This document shows positions 24,524 through 38,404 of a stretch of 64,000 nucleotides of DNA, in pieces. The DNA is from Zygnema circumcarinatum SAG 698-1b (taxonomy: Eukaryota > Plantae > Zygnematophyceae), in assembly GCA_037447605.1 (NCBI GenBank), contig CM074809.1, positions 1,478,689 to 1,542,688 of the forward strand, read 5' to 3'. Positions within the stretch are counted from its first letter, which is position 1. Each line of letters opens with the position of its first letter. The notes under the pieces are model-generated. The model was not told the origin of the DNA. It saw only the letters and a list, made by a program, of their open reading frames with translations, and made no database searches. The position numbers were made by a program, and so were the translations under genes.

Positions 24524-25539
24524 ATGGGCTTACGGTGCCACCGGGAGGGCCGAGGGCGAACTCAGCTGGTTGTGAAGAGGGAAAGGCCTACAAGGGGGGG
24601 GGGGAGGTGGGGGTGGAAACGGGGGAGGCTTAGAAAGAGGTGTTAACGTGATCGAGATGGAGAGGAGAGGAATGATGGGAGCAAACGGGGAGATGCATGT
24701 TATAGAAGGGAGGGGGCAGGGTACAGCTGAGCAAGGGATGGAGTTCACCACACGTGGCCTTGAAGCGAGTCCGGAATTGAACGTTTCCTGCATATGCCGC
24801 ACGTTCCCATGTTTTGCGAAGGAACAAAAGAAGCATTCAACACAGCACAATCTGAAGCGCAAACACTCCAAGCAGACAGTAAAACAGCATAGGCAACATC
24901 CCCTACAAAGCCTACATGCAATCCTAAGCCTCCACACGCAGTGGAGGCTCCAGTTGGCACGGATGCATGGCTTGTTCGAGAGTCTGAGGATCGTTAGGAT
25001 TGGCATCCATGGACAGACCAGGTGATAGGTAACACCCCTCGAGTCCCACTTCCATACGGGCCCAAACAAGAACCACTCCCGCTGGCGAAATTGGTGTATT
25101 AAGCTCTTCCCTTTCAAAACAAGCTCGCAGTCTGCTTCCGAGGCCGAAGCCCAGCACCAAGTCAATGACAAGCATAAGCTCCCTCTCGTCTTCTTCCTGA
25201 AGTAAACAACCTAAGCTGTAAGGCGTCACATAACACAGTAAGCCACAGTGGTATGGCGCTTTGAGCCTGCTGCATGTAAACATCCTGCCAGCCCCCCTAT
25301 TCAAGCAAGGGTATGCCCCAAGTGCTGTCAGCCGCCGGCCCACCTCCCTGAGGCTAAAGGTGCACTGGCTGCCTCAGACCTGAGATGCGTGCGCTGCAAT
25401 ACGGTGCTCCAGCTCTCTGTTCGCTGAGGCCAGGGCCCCAGAATGGCCTCGCGAGGGAAAAAACGCTTTCGGTCAATATTTGGTAGGCTAGCCAAAGACC
25501 AATGTCGCGGGGCTCCAATATGTAGAACAATCGAGTCAA

Positions 25540-28528
25540 TTAGAGCAGGTCTGCCACATTTGATGGCAGCTCTTCAATGACCGTGTTGTAAAAACGCTGA
25601 ATGTCCTGTAGCATGTGCTGATCCTCCTTTGTCACAAAATTGATAGCTACTCCTTTCCTTCCAAAGCGTCCAGATCGACCGATACGGTGCAGGTAGTTCT
25701 CAGGCTGGGTAGGCAAATCGTAATTAATCACAAGAGACACCTGCCAGGGCACGACAAACGACAACGTCAAGTTTCGTGCAAAATAGCACTATCGCAAGTA
25801 TTTGCTTTTGACGGATACGTGTAGCTTGAATCTACTTGAGTCATAGCCCGCTTGCGAGAAAACGAGAAGATTACGAAGCCATTCATAAAGAGGAAGACAG
25901 GACATACCTGCTGGACATCAATACCACGAGCCAGCAAGTCGGTGGTGATCAGGACTCGAGAAGAGCCTGATCGGAACTCGCGCATAATGATATCCCGAGT
26001 GTTCTGGTCCATATCACCGTGAGTCGCACTCACGGTATGGTCACGGCCGCGCATCTTGTCTGTGAGCCAGTCCACCTTCCGCCGAGTGTTGATGAAGATA
26101 ACAGACTGCAAAGAGAGGCAGATTGAAATAAATGGCAATCCAGGTGCATTGAACAGCTGTGCACTCACTCCCATGTTCAGCACTTTGCTCAGGAGCATAC
26201 GCACCCACCATTCTTTCAAATCTTGCACAGACTGATTTCAATGTGAACAGCTTATAAGCCTCAATCTTTCGCGCGGTTAGAGTAATTCCTAACTATTCCC
26301 TGTCTTAAAATGTGCTATACGTGATTAAATGAGTATAGGAGTAGTAATAGCACTTGTTTAAAAAGTGCCATAATGATGAAAGCCCGTGTGGAGCACAGCT
26401 GACTAAACAGCAACTGATTCAGGGCAGAGGCAGCACAACTAAGCTCGCCTCCCGCGTGAAGGGTAAGTTTCATTTACACAACAATTCTTCTGTGTTCTCC
26501 GCTCATCAAGGAGAATGTATAAAAAAACAGGAGACGAGCAGACAACACAAACGAGAACAGTACACACAAATCATACGACAGGACTGGAGCACTGTCTAAT
26601 AAGCTATCCCCTGAAACCCGGCCCTATGAAGGAGTAAAGCCCAAGAAGAGGGGGGCTACCTGAGTAATGGCCAATGTCTCGTAAAGATCACAGAGAGTAT
26701 CAAGCTTCCATTCTTCGCGATCCACGTCCACATAGAACTGTTTGATACCTTCCAAAGTAAGTTCATCACGCTTCACCAAAATTTTCACTGGCTTATTCAT
26801 GAACTTGCGAGTAATCTCGAGTGCCTCCGGAGGCATGGTAGCGGAGAAAACTCCGACCTGGAGCTTTGGTGGAAGAAGCTGGAAAATGTCATAAATCTGC
26901 AAGACCATCCCTGTGACATTCATTGTAACTTGAATCCCGTCTTATGATCACAAGGGACCCTTCAAGAACAAAGGGAATCAAAACCAGTTATCCAGTGGAA
27001 GCCCGTCTATCCGAGACCTTCCCTAAAAATGAAACTAGAACGCTTTGAGCCTGCGATGAAAAGTTGGAGGCCATGCAATACACTAGCTCACCTGATCCTT
27101 GAACCCGCGAGAAAGCATCTCATCCGCCTCATCAAGAACAAAGCACTTGATGTTGTCTGGCCGTAGGGCATGCCTTCGGAGCATGTCGTATACTCGTCCT
27201 GGAGTACCAACAACAACGTGTACTCCTGCCTGCAGAACAAACAAGCTACCAGTGATTAAACGAGAATGTACCACACGAACAATAAACCAAAAAGAAACGT
27301 AGAGCATACTACGACAAGAATAAGCTGTGTAACTTACTTGAAGAATGCGCTGGTCTTCACGCACACTAGTTCCTCCCACGCAAGCGTGCACCTTCACCTG
27401 AAGGTAGTCGCCAAGGGCGCGCATAACCTTCTCAATCTGCTGTGCCAACTCACGGGTCGGAGCAAGCACCAAAGCCTGGCACTCGAAAAGCTGGTAATCG
27501 AGCTGTTGCAAGATGCCAGAGCAAAAGGTGGCCGTCTTGCCCGTCCCTGATTGTGCCTGCTGAATGACGTCCAGCCCCTTTGCAAATGGGACGATTCCAC
27601 GCTGCTGGATGGCTGAGGGCTTCTCAAACCCTGCAGTCGGAAGGGAAAAAACAAAGTCAGATTGAGGGAAAATATGACAGCCTCTCCAAAGTGTATACAA
27701 AGGCCCTTAAGTACCAGTTCATTATCAGTTGCTCAAGGTCAGCGAGCGTCATACAACTGGACTTTCGACAAGTTCAAAGACAATTACCCTATGGCGTGCT
27801 CAAATGCGTGAACAGCAAACCAGCCAGCAAATCCTGGTTAAAGCCATCAAAGTGACGACGACAGAAGGAACCCAAAAAGCTCTTTAATCGAAAACAAAGC
27901 TAAGAATCGTTACTAGCGCAAAAGAGACAGTCACAAACCCCGTCTCCCCTACTGCCGGGATAAAGTCAAGAGGTCCAACACATGCAGGATGCAATAAATA
28001 TCAAACTAAACCAAACCAAAGAATGTAAAGCCTTCTCCGGAAAATGACAAAGAAAAGCCAAACGTTTGACAATAAGTAGCAGAGAAAACAGATACACGAA
28101 AAACGAAATTCGTGAATCCTTTCCAGTTTAGAGGTGAGGGCTAACCATAGGCGTAAATGCCTCGCAACAAATTCTCGTGAAGGTTCATGGCGTCAAAGGT
28201 CTCATGAACCTCGTCCCAAGTTGAAATGAAGTCGTCACCTTCGCCGCCCAACCTTTTTGGACAGAAAGTGGGAAAGACGAAACATTAAAACACTGGCCAT
28301 ATACACCGGAACTTGATGTATGTCTTAGGAAAAAAAAGAGTCCGAATGTTCATCGAGAATTGCTGAAACAAAAGTCCCAGTCAAGAACCAGACTTAGTTT
28401 CTACTCGGAAAATCTGACGGTTTAGGAACTTCCGTAGAAAGTTAAGAGTAGTGCACTTACACTTCAGCCATCTTTGTGTCATATTGCCGAGCATCAAACT
28501 GACTTCCTTCAGGCGCCATGCCCGCCAT
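25540..28528 (-). CDS. EIF4A: Eukaryotic initiation factor 4A (DEAD-box RNA helicase), 7 coding exons plus a 5'UTR intron
   Basis: Exons 28528-28461, 28252-28146, 27630-27338, 27229-27092, 26896-26660, 26105-25908, 25740-25540. Motifs: [68 protein letters not shown]. Confidence 0.98.
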
Positions 28529-28603
28529 GATTGCGTGAGTGACAGAAAACCTGCAAACGTATCAACGAGGTTCGCTTAGATGCCAAAAAATGGCCAACGC
28601 TCC

Positions 28604-28968
28604 AAACCCTAGCTCACAAGCATCCCGAAAAAGGTTCACGAAACTCATCCCCCCCCTCCTTCATTCAAAACACCACATCAGGGTCCAGACCCCCCCTCCC
28701 TCAGTCCTGCATCCTCCCCCGGCTCCCGCCAAGACCACCACCAATACCATGAGGCTCCCACACCATTGTCGATACACGTGCATACTGCAAGAAAGTAACT
28801 GACCTCGAGTTGCAAAGAGAGAGCGATATCCGAGCGCCCGACAGAGAGCCAAGAGGGCAACTTTTGGCAGTCCTCCGGACTTTGAGAGAAGGCGCCGCCT
28901 GCCTGCCTGCCTGCCTGCACGCCAAGGAAAAAAAAAAAAATTCCTACATGCCCGAGCGGCCACGTGGC
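28604..28968. promoter_or_regulatory. Telo-box (28604-28611, in the 5'UTR intron) and perfect G-box (28959-28968) of eIF4A
   Basis: AAACCCTA and GCCACGTGGC are seen directly. A 5'UTR donor gag|GTCAGT lies at about 28803 on the minus strand. Confidence 0.5.
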
Positions 28969-30186
28969 GCGTTTTCTGCCGCCGATCGCGATTCCAGGCC
29001 GATCGGACGGTCTGGCGCCAAACCCGAAACCCTCGTCCCGCGCGTCTCCGGCCAGGGCCCCGCGCAACTGCGCCGGACCCGTTCCATGCGCGCACGGCAC
29101 GGCACGGCACGGCCCGGCCCGGCCCTGGACGAATCGGGGGGTTGTCACGTGACGTGACACGATATGACGTCACGTGACGTGACGTGGGTGTAGGCTCATG
29201 TGAGACGTGAATGCATATGCACCACACCACCGGGTTCCACATTTTGCCTTTGTCCATGTACATTTGATGGCCTCGCCATCGCGAGTTCAATGAAAGGTTT
29301 TCCGTCCCATATGCACGCATGCATGCATGTTTTTTATTTTTTTTTTGAGAACATTTGATTAAGCCTTTGTGAGAACTATGCAAAAGAATCTTTTGTCAAT
29401 CGCACTGACTACGTGACGCTTCTGGTGACTTCGGATGGAGCCAATGTGGATGTGAAGCCGTGTTCTGGGTCGTGAGATCGATGTTTCTCATGTGTTTCTT
29501 GGTGCTTTAAAAGGTTTTTGAGGAACAGGATACACAATCCGTCTTTGCAAAAGCATGGGCTGTGTGGTTTAAGGGCTTTTGCCCATGCAGGCGTGGCAAC
29601 AGACGATTGGTGTGATAGCTTTTTTCGAGGGTTTAACTGCAATGTGTGAGGGACCTGCCACATGAGGAACGAAGCAGGCCCTTGGAGAGAAAACCGTAAA
29701 CCTTTCAGATGGAATTACGGGCTAATAGGAGGTTGGCAACTTCTATTTACAAGAGAAGAGCCCCATCCTGTACTTCTCTAAAAAAAGGAGGCTTCAAATC
29801 AGATTCTTCAAAGGGAGCTGGCAGAAATGAGTGTGTCCTACCGTTACATTGAGTTGAAAAATCATTCAAAAAAGTACAAAGGAGATTTGGAAAACTGAAA
29901 TTGAATGGTACAAGCTTGCGATTACTAACTACAGGTACATTGACAGGATCCACTAGAAGCGAGCTACTTCCAGCCATAGCAACAGGCGTTGTACACGTGC
30001 CACTTCTATCACTATGTTTAAACAAACCCCGAAAAAACGGACACAGCTTCCGGAAAGGCACATGTTCTGAGTATTGGATTAAAAGGAAAGCGCCTGCCCT
30101 GGTTTTTCCCACCCCTCCTTCCACCTCTGCCGCCGTTTAATTGTATATACCGCATAGGCATTGTTCGACAGTCAGCCTTCAACACT

Positions 30187-32801
30187 TCAGCTGCTACCCT
30201 GTCTGTCCTTCTCACCTGCCGCACTTTCTCCTGTTCTAAAAAGATCAGCGCCCTCTTCAAGCCGCAAGCCCTTTGTCTCAGGAAGCGCGTATAGCACGAA
30301 ACACCAAGTGAAAGCGCAGATAAGAGAATAGGTGCCGAAAAGAGCTGCAGGCCCGATTTTCTGCAACAGATCTGGAAAGGTTTGGCTCACCAGCAAGTTG
30401 CATATGAAATTTACAGCAACACAGAGTCCCACAGCAGAACCACGGAGGTGGGTCGGAAATATCTCAGAGCACACAATGGTAGGAACCGGTCCCAACCCGA
30501 AAACAAAAGCGCAACCATAAAGTGCGATAGAGGCCATAGCCAGCCCTGCTCGAAGGCTCCCGGGCACAAGAAAATGAAAGGAAAAGGCAAGAGCTGCCAG
30601 AGCCAGCCCCATTACAGGGGTGCTGCACAGCAGCAGGCGGCGACGGCCTGAGATGTCCATCAGCACCATGGCCAGTAGAATGCTCGGTATCTTCAGCGAA
30701 TATGACAGAATGGTAGCCAAGATGGATGCAGACGCCTCGTTGAGAGGAATCAGGCGCACTGCACCTGCGCTGCTCAAAATCTCCGGCGTATAATATACAA
30801 TGGCATTGATGCCACAGATCTGACCTCCACAGACACAACACGCGCAACACGTAAGAACAGGCTCCCAAACACACTGCACGTGCTGCTGCATTCAGAGCCA
30901 TGCAGTATGCCTTACCTGCTGCGACGCCTGCAAAAGGCAGCCAATAATGAGAGCCTTGCGGCAGCCTGCCTCGCCCACCAGCTCCTTCACATCCAGCGCT
31001 ATTTCATGCAGCAAAGCATGCACATATTCAACACTAGCTTTTTGCCTGCGGCCTGGCCTTGGATTCACTTGCAAGAGCTCTGCCCTTTCTTCCTCACTAT
31101 TCCCCAGCTCCAGTCCATCGCTCAGTTCATTGCATATGTGCCCTTCCATCTCCTTCGCCACCTCCTCTGCAACACCAAAAGTAATCATGTCGTCCAACAA
31201 GATGACACAACAAAGTAGACGAATTCAGAAACTGGCTTGGAAAATGTACCCAGTATGCCGATTATGAAGACGTGTTTACTTATTTGACTAACAGTCACTA
31301 TTCATCATAGAATGTAGACAGCAGCCACAGCAAGTAAATAAACGAACTGGTCCGTTGCAAAGCCATAGAGCGAAAAATCAGCATCATTCAGTGCATGCAT
31401 GGGATGTATAACAACTACTTTCTATCCTGAATTCATACAGGTCAATAAAACAGACGACCTGAATTGCAATTCTGAGTCGGCCCTTAAGAAACAAGGCAGC
31501 ACAAACAATCATATGGGCAATCATTTGAAAGGGTGGGTCGATATTGTTCCCAAAATAAAGTAACTAGAAATGGATATGAATACCTGGAGCAGGCAATTCG
31601 CTGGTTGGCAAATTCAGTCGTGCTGCAGCTGTGAGTGCATCTGCGCGGCGACCACGGAGGCAGAGCCAACGAGGAGATTCTGGAAGATAGAGCAGCAGCG
31701 CTCCAAAGAGCTGCACCGGCACCACACCGGCAAGGCTAATCACTGCCAATCTTTATAAAATGAGACCACTCTCTCACTAACCCTAAGCACGGTCCTCAGA
31801 GATGCCCATGCTATCTCGACGCAGTATGGATACAACCGAATCGTGGTTCGTATATGGCAACAAGGACGCTCAGCCTTAACGACCTTCAGCTCGAACATGG
31901 TATCGGCGGTGCCGCTGATAGAGGATGGAGGTAAGGGCTGACGCTCACAAGCCCCGGCAGGACGGAAGCACCTAGCATGAGCCGCCACTGAGGAGCTGCT
32001 GCCAGCGACAGCACGAAGGCAGTGCAGTAGGAAAGCAATATGCCTCCTGAGACCATTAGCTGCGGCAGTGTGGCAAGACGACCTCGTGCCGCTGCAGGGG
32101 CACACTCAGCGATATACACTGGCACCACAGCTGAAGCTGCGCCTATGGCCATTCCGGCTACGACACGGCCAACAATAAGGGCCTCCACGCATTCTGCCAC
32201 CGCCATTAATAATCCCCCTGCACTCGCCCGTGCTCACAAGGGCACCTCAGAACCTGCCTCTGCACGCGGGAGGGAAGACAGTCTTATTTTGAGCTCTATA
32301 AACCTTAACGCTGCAGGACTGAAGGATGAGGAAGGCAAATTACCTGCCACGAAGAGCAGAGCAGCTAGAAGCAGAGAGAGGCGCCGCCCGAGAGCGTCGC
32401 ATACGGGCCCGGCCACGGCAGTGCCCGCCACAGCTCCCAACAAAGCTGAGCTCACTACAGCTCCCTGCAATTCCGGGCGCTTCTCCAGATGCAAGTCGGG
32501 CACTATGTACAAAAGCGCTCCTCCAATGATCCCTGTGTCATAGCTGAAACATCCTTCCCAGAGTCCCCCGTCAAGGGCCTGAGCAGGGAAGAGGCACAGA
32601 CACTGTCAGCCATGCGAGGAGAACGAGCTCCGTACCCGAAAAGGAGCGAACCAAGCGCCGCGCTCACAGCTACGCCCGTGGCGACGCGGGGACGAGAGGG
32701 GGAACGGTGAGCCCCATGCTGCCAGGCACTCGGGGGAGCGTCCACATGGTGCGCGTCCGCCATATCCATAGCTCGCTGCAGAGCGGAATCATACAGCCCC
32801 A
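30187..32801 (-). CDS. MFS sugar porter, tonoplast sugar transporter (TST/TMT)-like
   Basis: Six exons. Motifs: LLFGYDTGIIGGA, DALGRR, GRVVAGMAIG, VPVYIAECAP..RGRL, PESPRWL, QQICGINAIVYYTP, DISGRR, GPVPTIVCSEIFPTHLRG, PETKG. The start could be 32801 or 32769. Confidence 0.9.
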
Positions 32802-33521
32802 TAAACCCTAGCCTGGCCTTCTCGCTCGGCCGCCATGTCCCGCCGACAATCAGGATTAGGGCCTGGGTCACCTTCGGCTTCAGCTTCAGCGTCCCTTTTA
32901 TGGCCGGAGGAGCGTGTTTGAAACCATCCGGCACACTACCAACTTAAATCTCTCGTTCGTTTTTCTTTCGTTTTAACCAATAGCAATGGCCGATGTGGAA
33001 TTTACGTTGCACCTTCAACAAAGCCTTCAGAAGTTACCGTACCTCTGAAACAAAGGTATTGGATTCTCCAATGAGGGAGGGGAGGGTAATCGACGGGGCC
33101 CATAGATACTTGGGGAGGTTGTCTATGGTGTGATCATACAGTGGGCCAGCAGGTGACATCTCACATGGGAGGCAGTGGGACATGGCATGGATGGCATGTG
33201 CTCAAAGTAATGCGATGGAAGCCATTGAAGCTGCTGCATTGGTGGGGGCATTGGCGACTCAATGCCGATGGTTTGTGCAATGGTTGGGTGGCGGGACACA
33301 GTGGCACTTGCTGCTGCTCCACAGCTGGTCAATCGGTCTCCTAAAGCCAAGCTGCAATCGATCGCAAACTTCTGCTCGTGCTTTCCACCAATGAATGATC
33401 GGTGCAAGTTCGACTCTCTCTTCCCATGGATTTAGTTTTGCTAACGACAACAACTTTTTGAAGATGATTAACTATCAAGCTTTTTATCTTTTTATTGAGG
33501 GAAAAATAAAATTACATGGAA

Positions 33522-33607
33522 ACGCCACGTGTCCCAACGAGGCAATCTTACGGTCGGAGTGCCTTGTGCGAGATTTCCGGACTTTGCGCCTGAGCACGCC
33601 ACGTGTC
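33522..33607. promoter_or_regulatory. Pair of identical ABRE-type elements (ACGCCACGTGTC) in the divergent transporter/PDH promoter
   Basis: Identical 12-mers at 33522-33533 and 33596-33607, about 240-330 bp upstream of the PDH ATG. Confidence 0.55.
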
Positions 33608-33849
33608 ACCACCTAAGCGTTCTATGCCAGTTTCTCGTCACAAGCATTTTTTTTGAACTTGTTTCATGGAAACGCCCTACGTCTCCATGCTGCGTGTCGT
33701 TAAGGCCGTTGTTTAACGGTAACTGTGACATAGATTGCGTACGGTGCTCCACGAGAGGCTTGGGCCGATATTTTGCCGCGGACACAGAGGCGGGAGAGAG
33801 ACAGGGAGGGAGAGAGTGAGAGGAGGAGACCGAGCGCGAGCCTGCCGCC

Positions 33850-36800
33850 ATGGCTGCACGGGCGCCCTCCGTTCGGGCCTTTGCTGCGGCCCTCTCAGCC
33901 CGCTCTTCAGTCCTCGCAGGGAATCCCACCTACAGGAGCTTCGCTAGCAGCGCCGCCAACGATGATACGCCCATGGAGGTGGAGGTCCCGGTTCCCTTCA
34001 AAGCACACAAGTGCGAGCCTCCTTCTAGGGTTGTGCAGACGTCACCCAAGGAGCTTGTCAAGTTCTTCAGTGACATGTTCAGAATGAGGCGAATGGAGAT
34101 CGCAGCAGATGCGCTTTACAAGAACAAGTTCATCCGAGGGTTCTGCCATCTGTATGACGGCCAGGAGGCTGTGTGCGTGGGCATGGAGGCCGCCCTAACG
34201 TTCGACGACTGCATCATCACGGCATATCGGGACCACTGCACGCATCTAGGGAGGGGAGGCACAGTGATGGAGGTCATGGCAGAGCTTATGGGCCGCACGG
34301 ATGGATGCTCACTTGGAAAGGGTGGTTCTATGCACATGTACAATAAGGCGAACAATTTTTACGGAGGAAATGGAATTGTTGGCGCTCAAACTCCCCTGGG
34401 AGCCGGGCTTGCTTTCGGACAGAAGTATTCTAAAATGGCAGCGTGCACGTTGGCAATGTATGGTGACGGTGCCGCAAATCAGGGACAGCTGTTCGAGGCC
34501 ATGAACATGTCTGCGCTGTGGGACCTACCTATCATTTACGTCTGTGAAAACAATCACTGTAAGTTGCACATTTTGTACTCCCCTGAAAGTCAGTTTTGAC
34601 TCCCTCCAGCTGTTTTGAAGCGGGATCAAGCAGTCCTGCATGTGAAAAGTACCGCTGTTGAGTCTTCTACCGCATTTGTAACTGTCACTTTGTTGTTCAG
34701 GTTTGTTGTCCTTAGGCAATTGCAATGTGACTAGGCAATGTGCGTGCATTTTGTATTGTAACATGAAGTGAACACCTCGACCTGAAGTTACCACGAAAAT
34801 GCATCACAGCTATCGTCAAGCAACTCTGGAAGCCGCTAAGTTACAGATGCAGACTAGTTTTTTAATTTAAGATTGCTTGCGACTTCGCTTTCAAATTTCA
34901 GCGGGAAGATCGACTAGCGCCTTGCACATGCCAAAGTTTGGGCACACACGCACATTCAATTGCAGGTGGCCCGGATTGTACTTGCTGCTTGTTGTTAAGA
35001 TAGCGAGGATGGGAAGCCAAGGAGTGATACAGAAAAGACCTGACGTTTCTGTTATGTATTGATGGAGTTGCGTGAGAAGCATGACTTTGGCAAACCTGCG
35101 CTTTGTTTAAATTTCTGACGTCGTTAACTCATTCAGAATACGTGCATGACAAGTAAAGCTTCATGGGGGACTTTTATCTAAGTATTCCAGTACATGTATC
35201 TCAGATTGCGCTTACGTCTGACTCATGGTTTGTTCAAGCTTTTACTCGCTAAACCGACACCTGTTTTGCACCTTGCTGCTTCATTTTCTTCATAGTTTTT
35301 TGTCTAGTGCACGCTGAGTTTCCGGTTGATCATACATTTCGATTCTAGAGTTTTCGAATTCATGATGTTTATAACGTTTGTGACTTCATGTATTCCAACC
35401 CAGTATGTCCTCTTAAGCAATTGGAGCTTTGTGCACGTGATGTTACAACAGATCTGAACAAGTCATTAGTGACTCTGAGGATTCCATGACTTAATTGATT
35501 AACTTGTGGATGCCCGTGTTATTCTCTCGACGTCCATGTTTTGGAAATTTGTCCCATCCGCTCTTTGTTTAGCCCCTCGTTTCTCCATTCCTCTTGTTTG
35601 GCATTTGGTTCAGCTATAGGTGGGACATGTGGCCCACGATCGGTTCTTGTTATGTTTTACTCTGATCAGTCCCTTACGATTGGAGTGAGCATCTGCCAGC
35701 TATTTTTTGTCGGACTAGTTCTCCTTGGCTTGCAGTTGTTGGAGACGTCCTGTGCTAAAGCTTGAGGCTGAGATTCTTCAAACAAAACTCCTCCTTGCCT
35801 TTACCCTCGCGTCCCTTCATAATGAACCCCGTTCGAGGCTTTGGACTTTTGAGAGTTGTGTGCCGTGCCATGTCATGAGAAGCTTGAGGAATGTATTTGG
35901 ATTAACAACGAATTAAGGGCATGCGGTTCAAGTTCTTTCGCAGGCGTGGCTTGCTGGCGGCACCATTTTAACCTTTTTGTTACTTTGTCTGGGAAACAAA
36001 TGCAGATGGCATGGGGACTGCAGAGTGGCGTTCGGCAAAAAGTCCTGAATATTATACGCGTGGTGACTATGTGCCCGGTCTCAAGGTGCGGCACTGGATA
36101 TTATAGGGGAGGGTGGGCAGCCGCTGAAGCTGGGGCTATTGCTAGCAGGATATCACTATACGCCTGGGTGAATGCGCAGATGTCTGAAAGTGTCTATACT
36201 ATTTCTTAAAGATCATATGGCCCAGGGAGAGGGAGAGAGAAGAGAGTTCCTCTGCGGAAAGGGGTGTGGCGGGATGGTGGAATTCAAGGAGTAATAGCTC
36301 ATCGGCTTCATTGAGAGGTGCAGGTGGATGGCATGGATGCGCTGTCGGTAAAGCAGGCCGTGAAGTATGCCAAGGAGCATGCAATTAAGAATGGACCTTT
36401 TGTAAGTTATGACCTCTTCCGCTCTTGGCAGAACTATGCTGTACGTACACTTTTAGTACAGGTCTTAACATTGATTTGTGGAGGAGGCAGGTACTGGAGA
36501 TGGATACATACCGCTATCACGGACACTCCATGTCAGACCCAGGGAGCACATATCGCACTCGTGATGAGATCAGCGGAGTGCGCCAGGTGAGACGTGGCAT
36601 TCCAGGAATGGCCAGAAAGCTTTCTTTTGTCAATAAGCTTGCTTCTCTTTCTTCTCCTCTTCTCCTCTGACCCCTCCTGTCCCTGAGCTGTGACAGGAGC
36701 GTGACCCAATCGAGAGAATTCGCAAGCTGCTGTTGGCCAAGGAGATCCTGTCTGTTGCAGAACTGAAGGTGCAGACCGTCCAATCTTTTTGGAGACTGCT

Positions 36801-37350
36801 GAAGAAATTTGGCTGCATTGCTGCTCTCTTTATGGCAGGATGAATTCTTATAGGTTTTGGTGGGGGCATCTGATGAACAGGCGATTGAGAAGGAGTCAAA
36901 GGCAGAGGTTGATGCTGTGGTCAATCAGGCAAAGGTACGACCTCTCTCAGGCCCTCTTGGAGCTGCAGCACCTTGACTGTCGTCCAAGGCGTGCGTATGA
37001 GTAACACAGACATAATTTACGGCGTCTCATGCGGAAGAATGGATGGTATGCTCCTGCAGGAAAGCCCACACCCTGATCCCAGCCTCGCATATAAACACAT
37101 CTATGTGAAGGACGCAGGCCTTGAGGTGAGGGACCATCTGCTCATGGCTTGGGTCTGATGTTCGTAGAAAGGGGCTACGTGGGAGTAGTTCTGGGTCGGT
37201 GCGTGTTGGATCTTCTGAGGAGAGGAGCGGATGTGATATAGGCACAGGAGAGGAAGGGCTCTACAGAGTTAAAGCTCCTGAATTCTGTTGCATCTGGCAA
37301 TGCAGGTGTATGGCCCGGACCGGAAACACACAACTATCAGCATCTCTTAG
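33850..37350 (+). CDS. PDH-E1A: Mitochondrial pyruvate dehydrogenase E1 alpha subunit, 8 exons
   Basis: Exons 33850-34558, 36006-36085, 36324-36401, 36491-36586, 36697-36768, 36881-36934, 37060-37125, 37306-37350. Motifs: [25 protein letters not shown]-binding [10 protein letters not shown]...[23 protein letters not shown]. Ala/Ser/Arg-rich presequence. Confidence 0.98.
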
Positions 37351-38135
37351 GGCCAGCCAGGGAAAATTCTGGAAGCACCAGGATGCCATAAGGTTTCCAC
37401 TCCCACTATTGTACGAGTCCATAATTGGAAGGGCTCTCAACGTTTTAGATAAGAATTTTGTTATAGCGGTTGCAAGCATTCTGCTTCTCTGTTGCTTGCA
37501 AATTCGAGTATGGACGTATTGGACGCGTCCATCAAGACCCTAGTCCCTTCCCTTCGTTGCTGGCCCCATCGGTGGGGCCAGTAAAAGCATCACCATGGTA
37601 GGGGTGTAGTCGAAATTTGTGGGATTGGTGGGAAAGCCAACAACTGACACGTCACTCTGTGGACATGCCACCTGTCCGTGCCGTTGCCTGCACCGTATCA
37701 TATTCGTTCTCTGTTTAACGCCGTCCATTCGCCGGCCAGTTGGTGGTGAGCAAGTGACGAGGAAGTGACTCCACAACCTGATCAAGAAGAAGGGGCGGCA
37801 ACTTTTAGAAGGGGAACAGTGAGAGAGGGATTGTTGTGTGTGCTGGTGAGGCTTGCGCCTCTGCCGGCTGCCTCAGCTCGGGTCCCTCATTTGGGGTCAA
37901 GGAAAAGCTGACTGGAGTTCGAATAAATGAACAGGCACTGATTGAATTGGACGTGTGTTGTCGTCACATTGCCACCAGGACGCCATGCTCTCCAACAATA
38001 TATGGAGCCCTTTTGAGGAGTTTGATTTCAACTGCAAAGTATAACCGCCAATGGCCATAATCTAAACATTAGCCATTCTGGATGCCTTCGACTTTGACTG
38101 CTACTGACCGACTCATGCTCACTGAGCAAGACTAT

Positions 38136-38404
38136 GCCACGTGGCGTAGAAAAAGTTGCTGGTTTCTGTTCAAGTTTTTTTCTTTTTGGCTTGGCCATAA
38201 GTGCAGACGTGGCAGCCAGTTCGTGCGGGGGGGGAATTTGCTCCTTGGCGTCCCCTTGCCAACGAGTTCGAAAGCAGTACCATACTGCCGCGCCATTCTG
38301 CGATATTGTAGCACATTCGGCCCCCGCGAAGCTGAAAACCGTTTTTGGCTAGTCGAACATCTTCTAATGGCGTTTCGCCACGTGTACAAAATTTTCCACG
38401 TGGC
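38136..38404. promoter_or_regulatory. G-box cluster upstream of the PRD3-like gene
   Basis: GCCACGTGGC at 38136, GCCACGTGTA at 38377, CCACGTGGC at 38396. Confidence 0.45.

Noticed and set aside
24530-25343. Possible small gene between the LRR promoter and eIF4A
   Set aside because: The ORFs have no recognisable motifs or consistent exon chain; more likely eIF4A 3'UTR or intergenic DNA.
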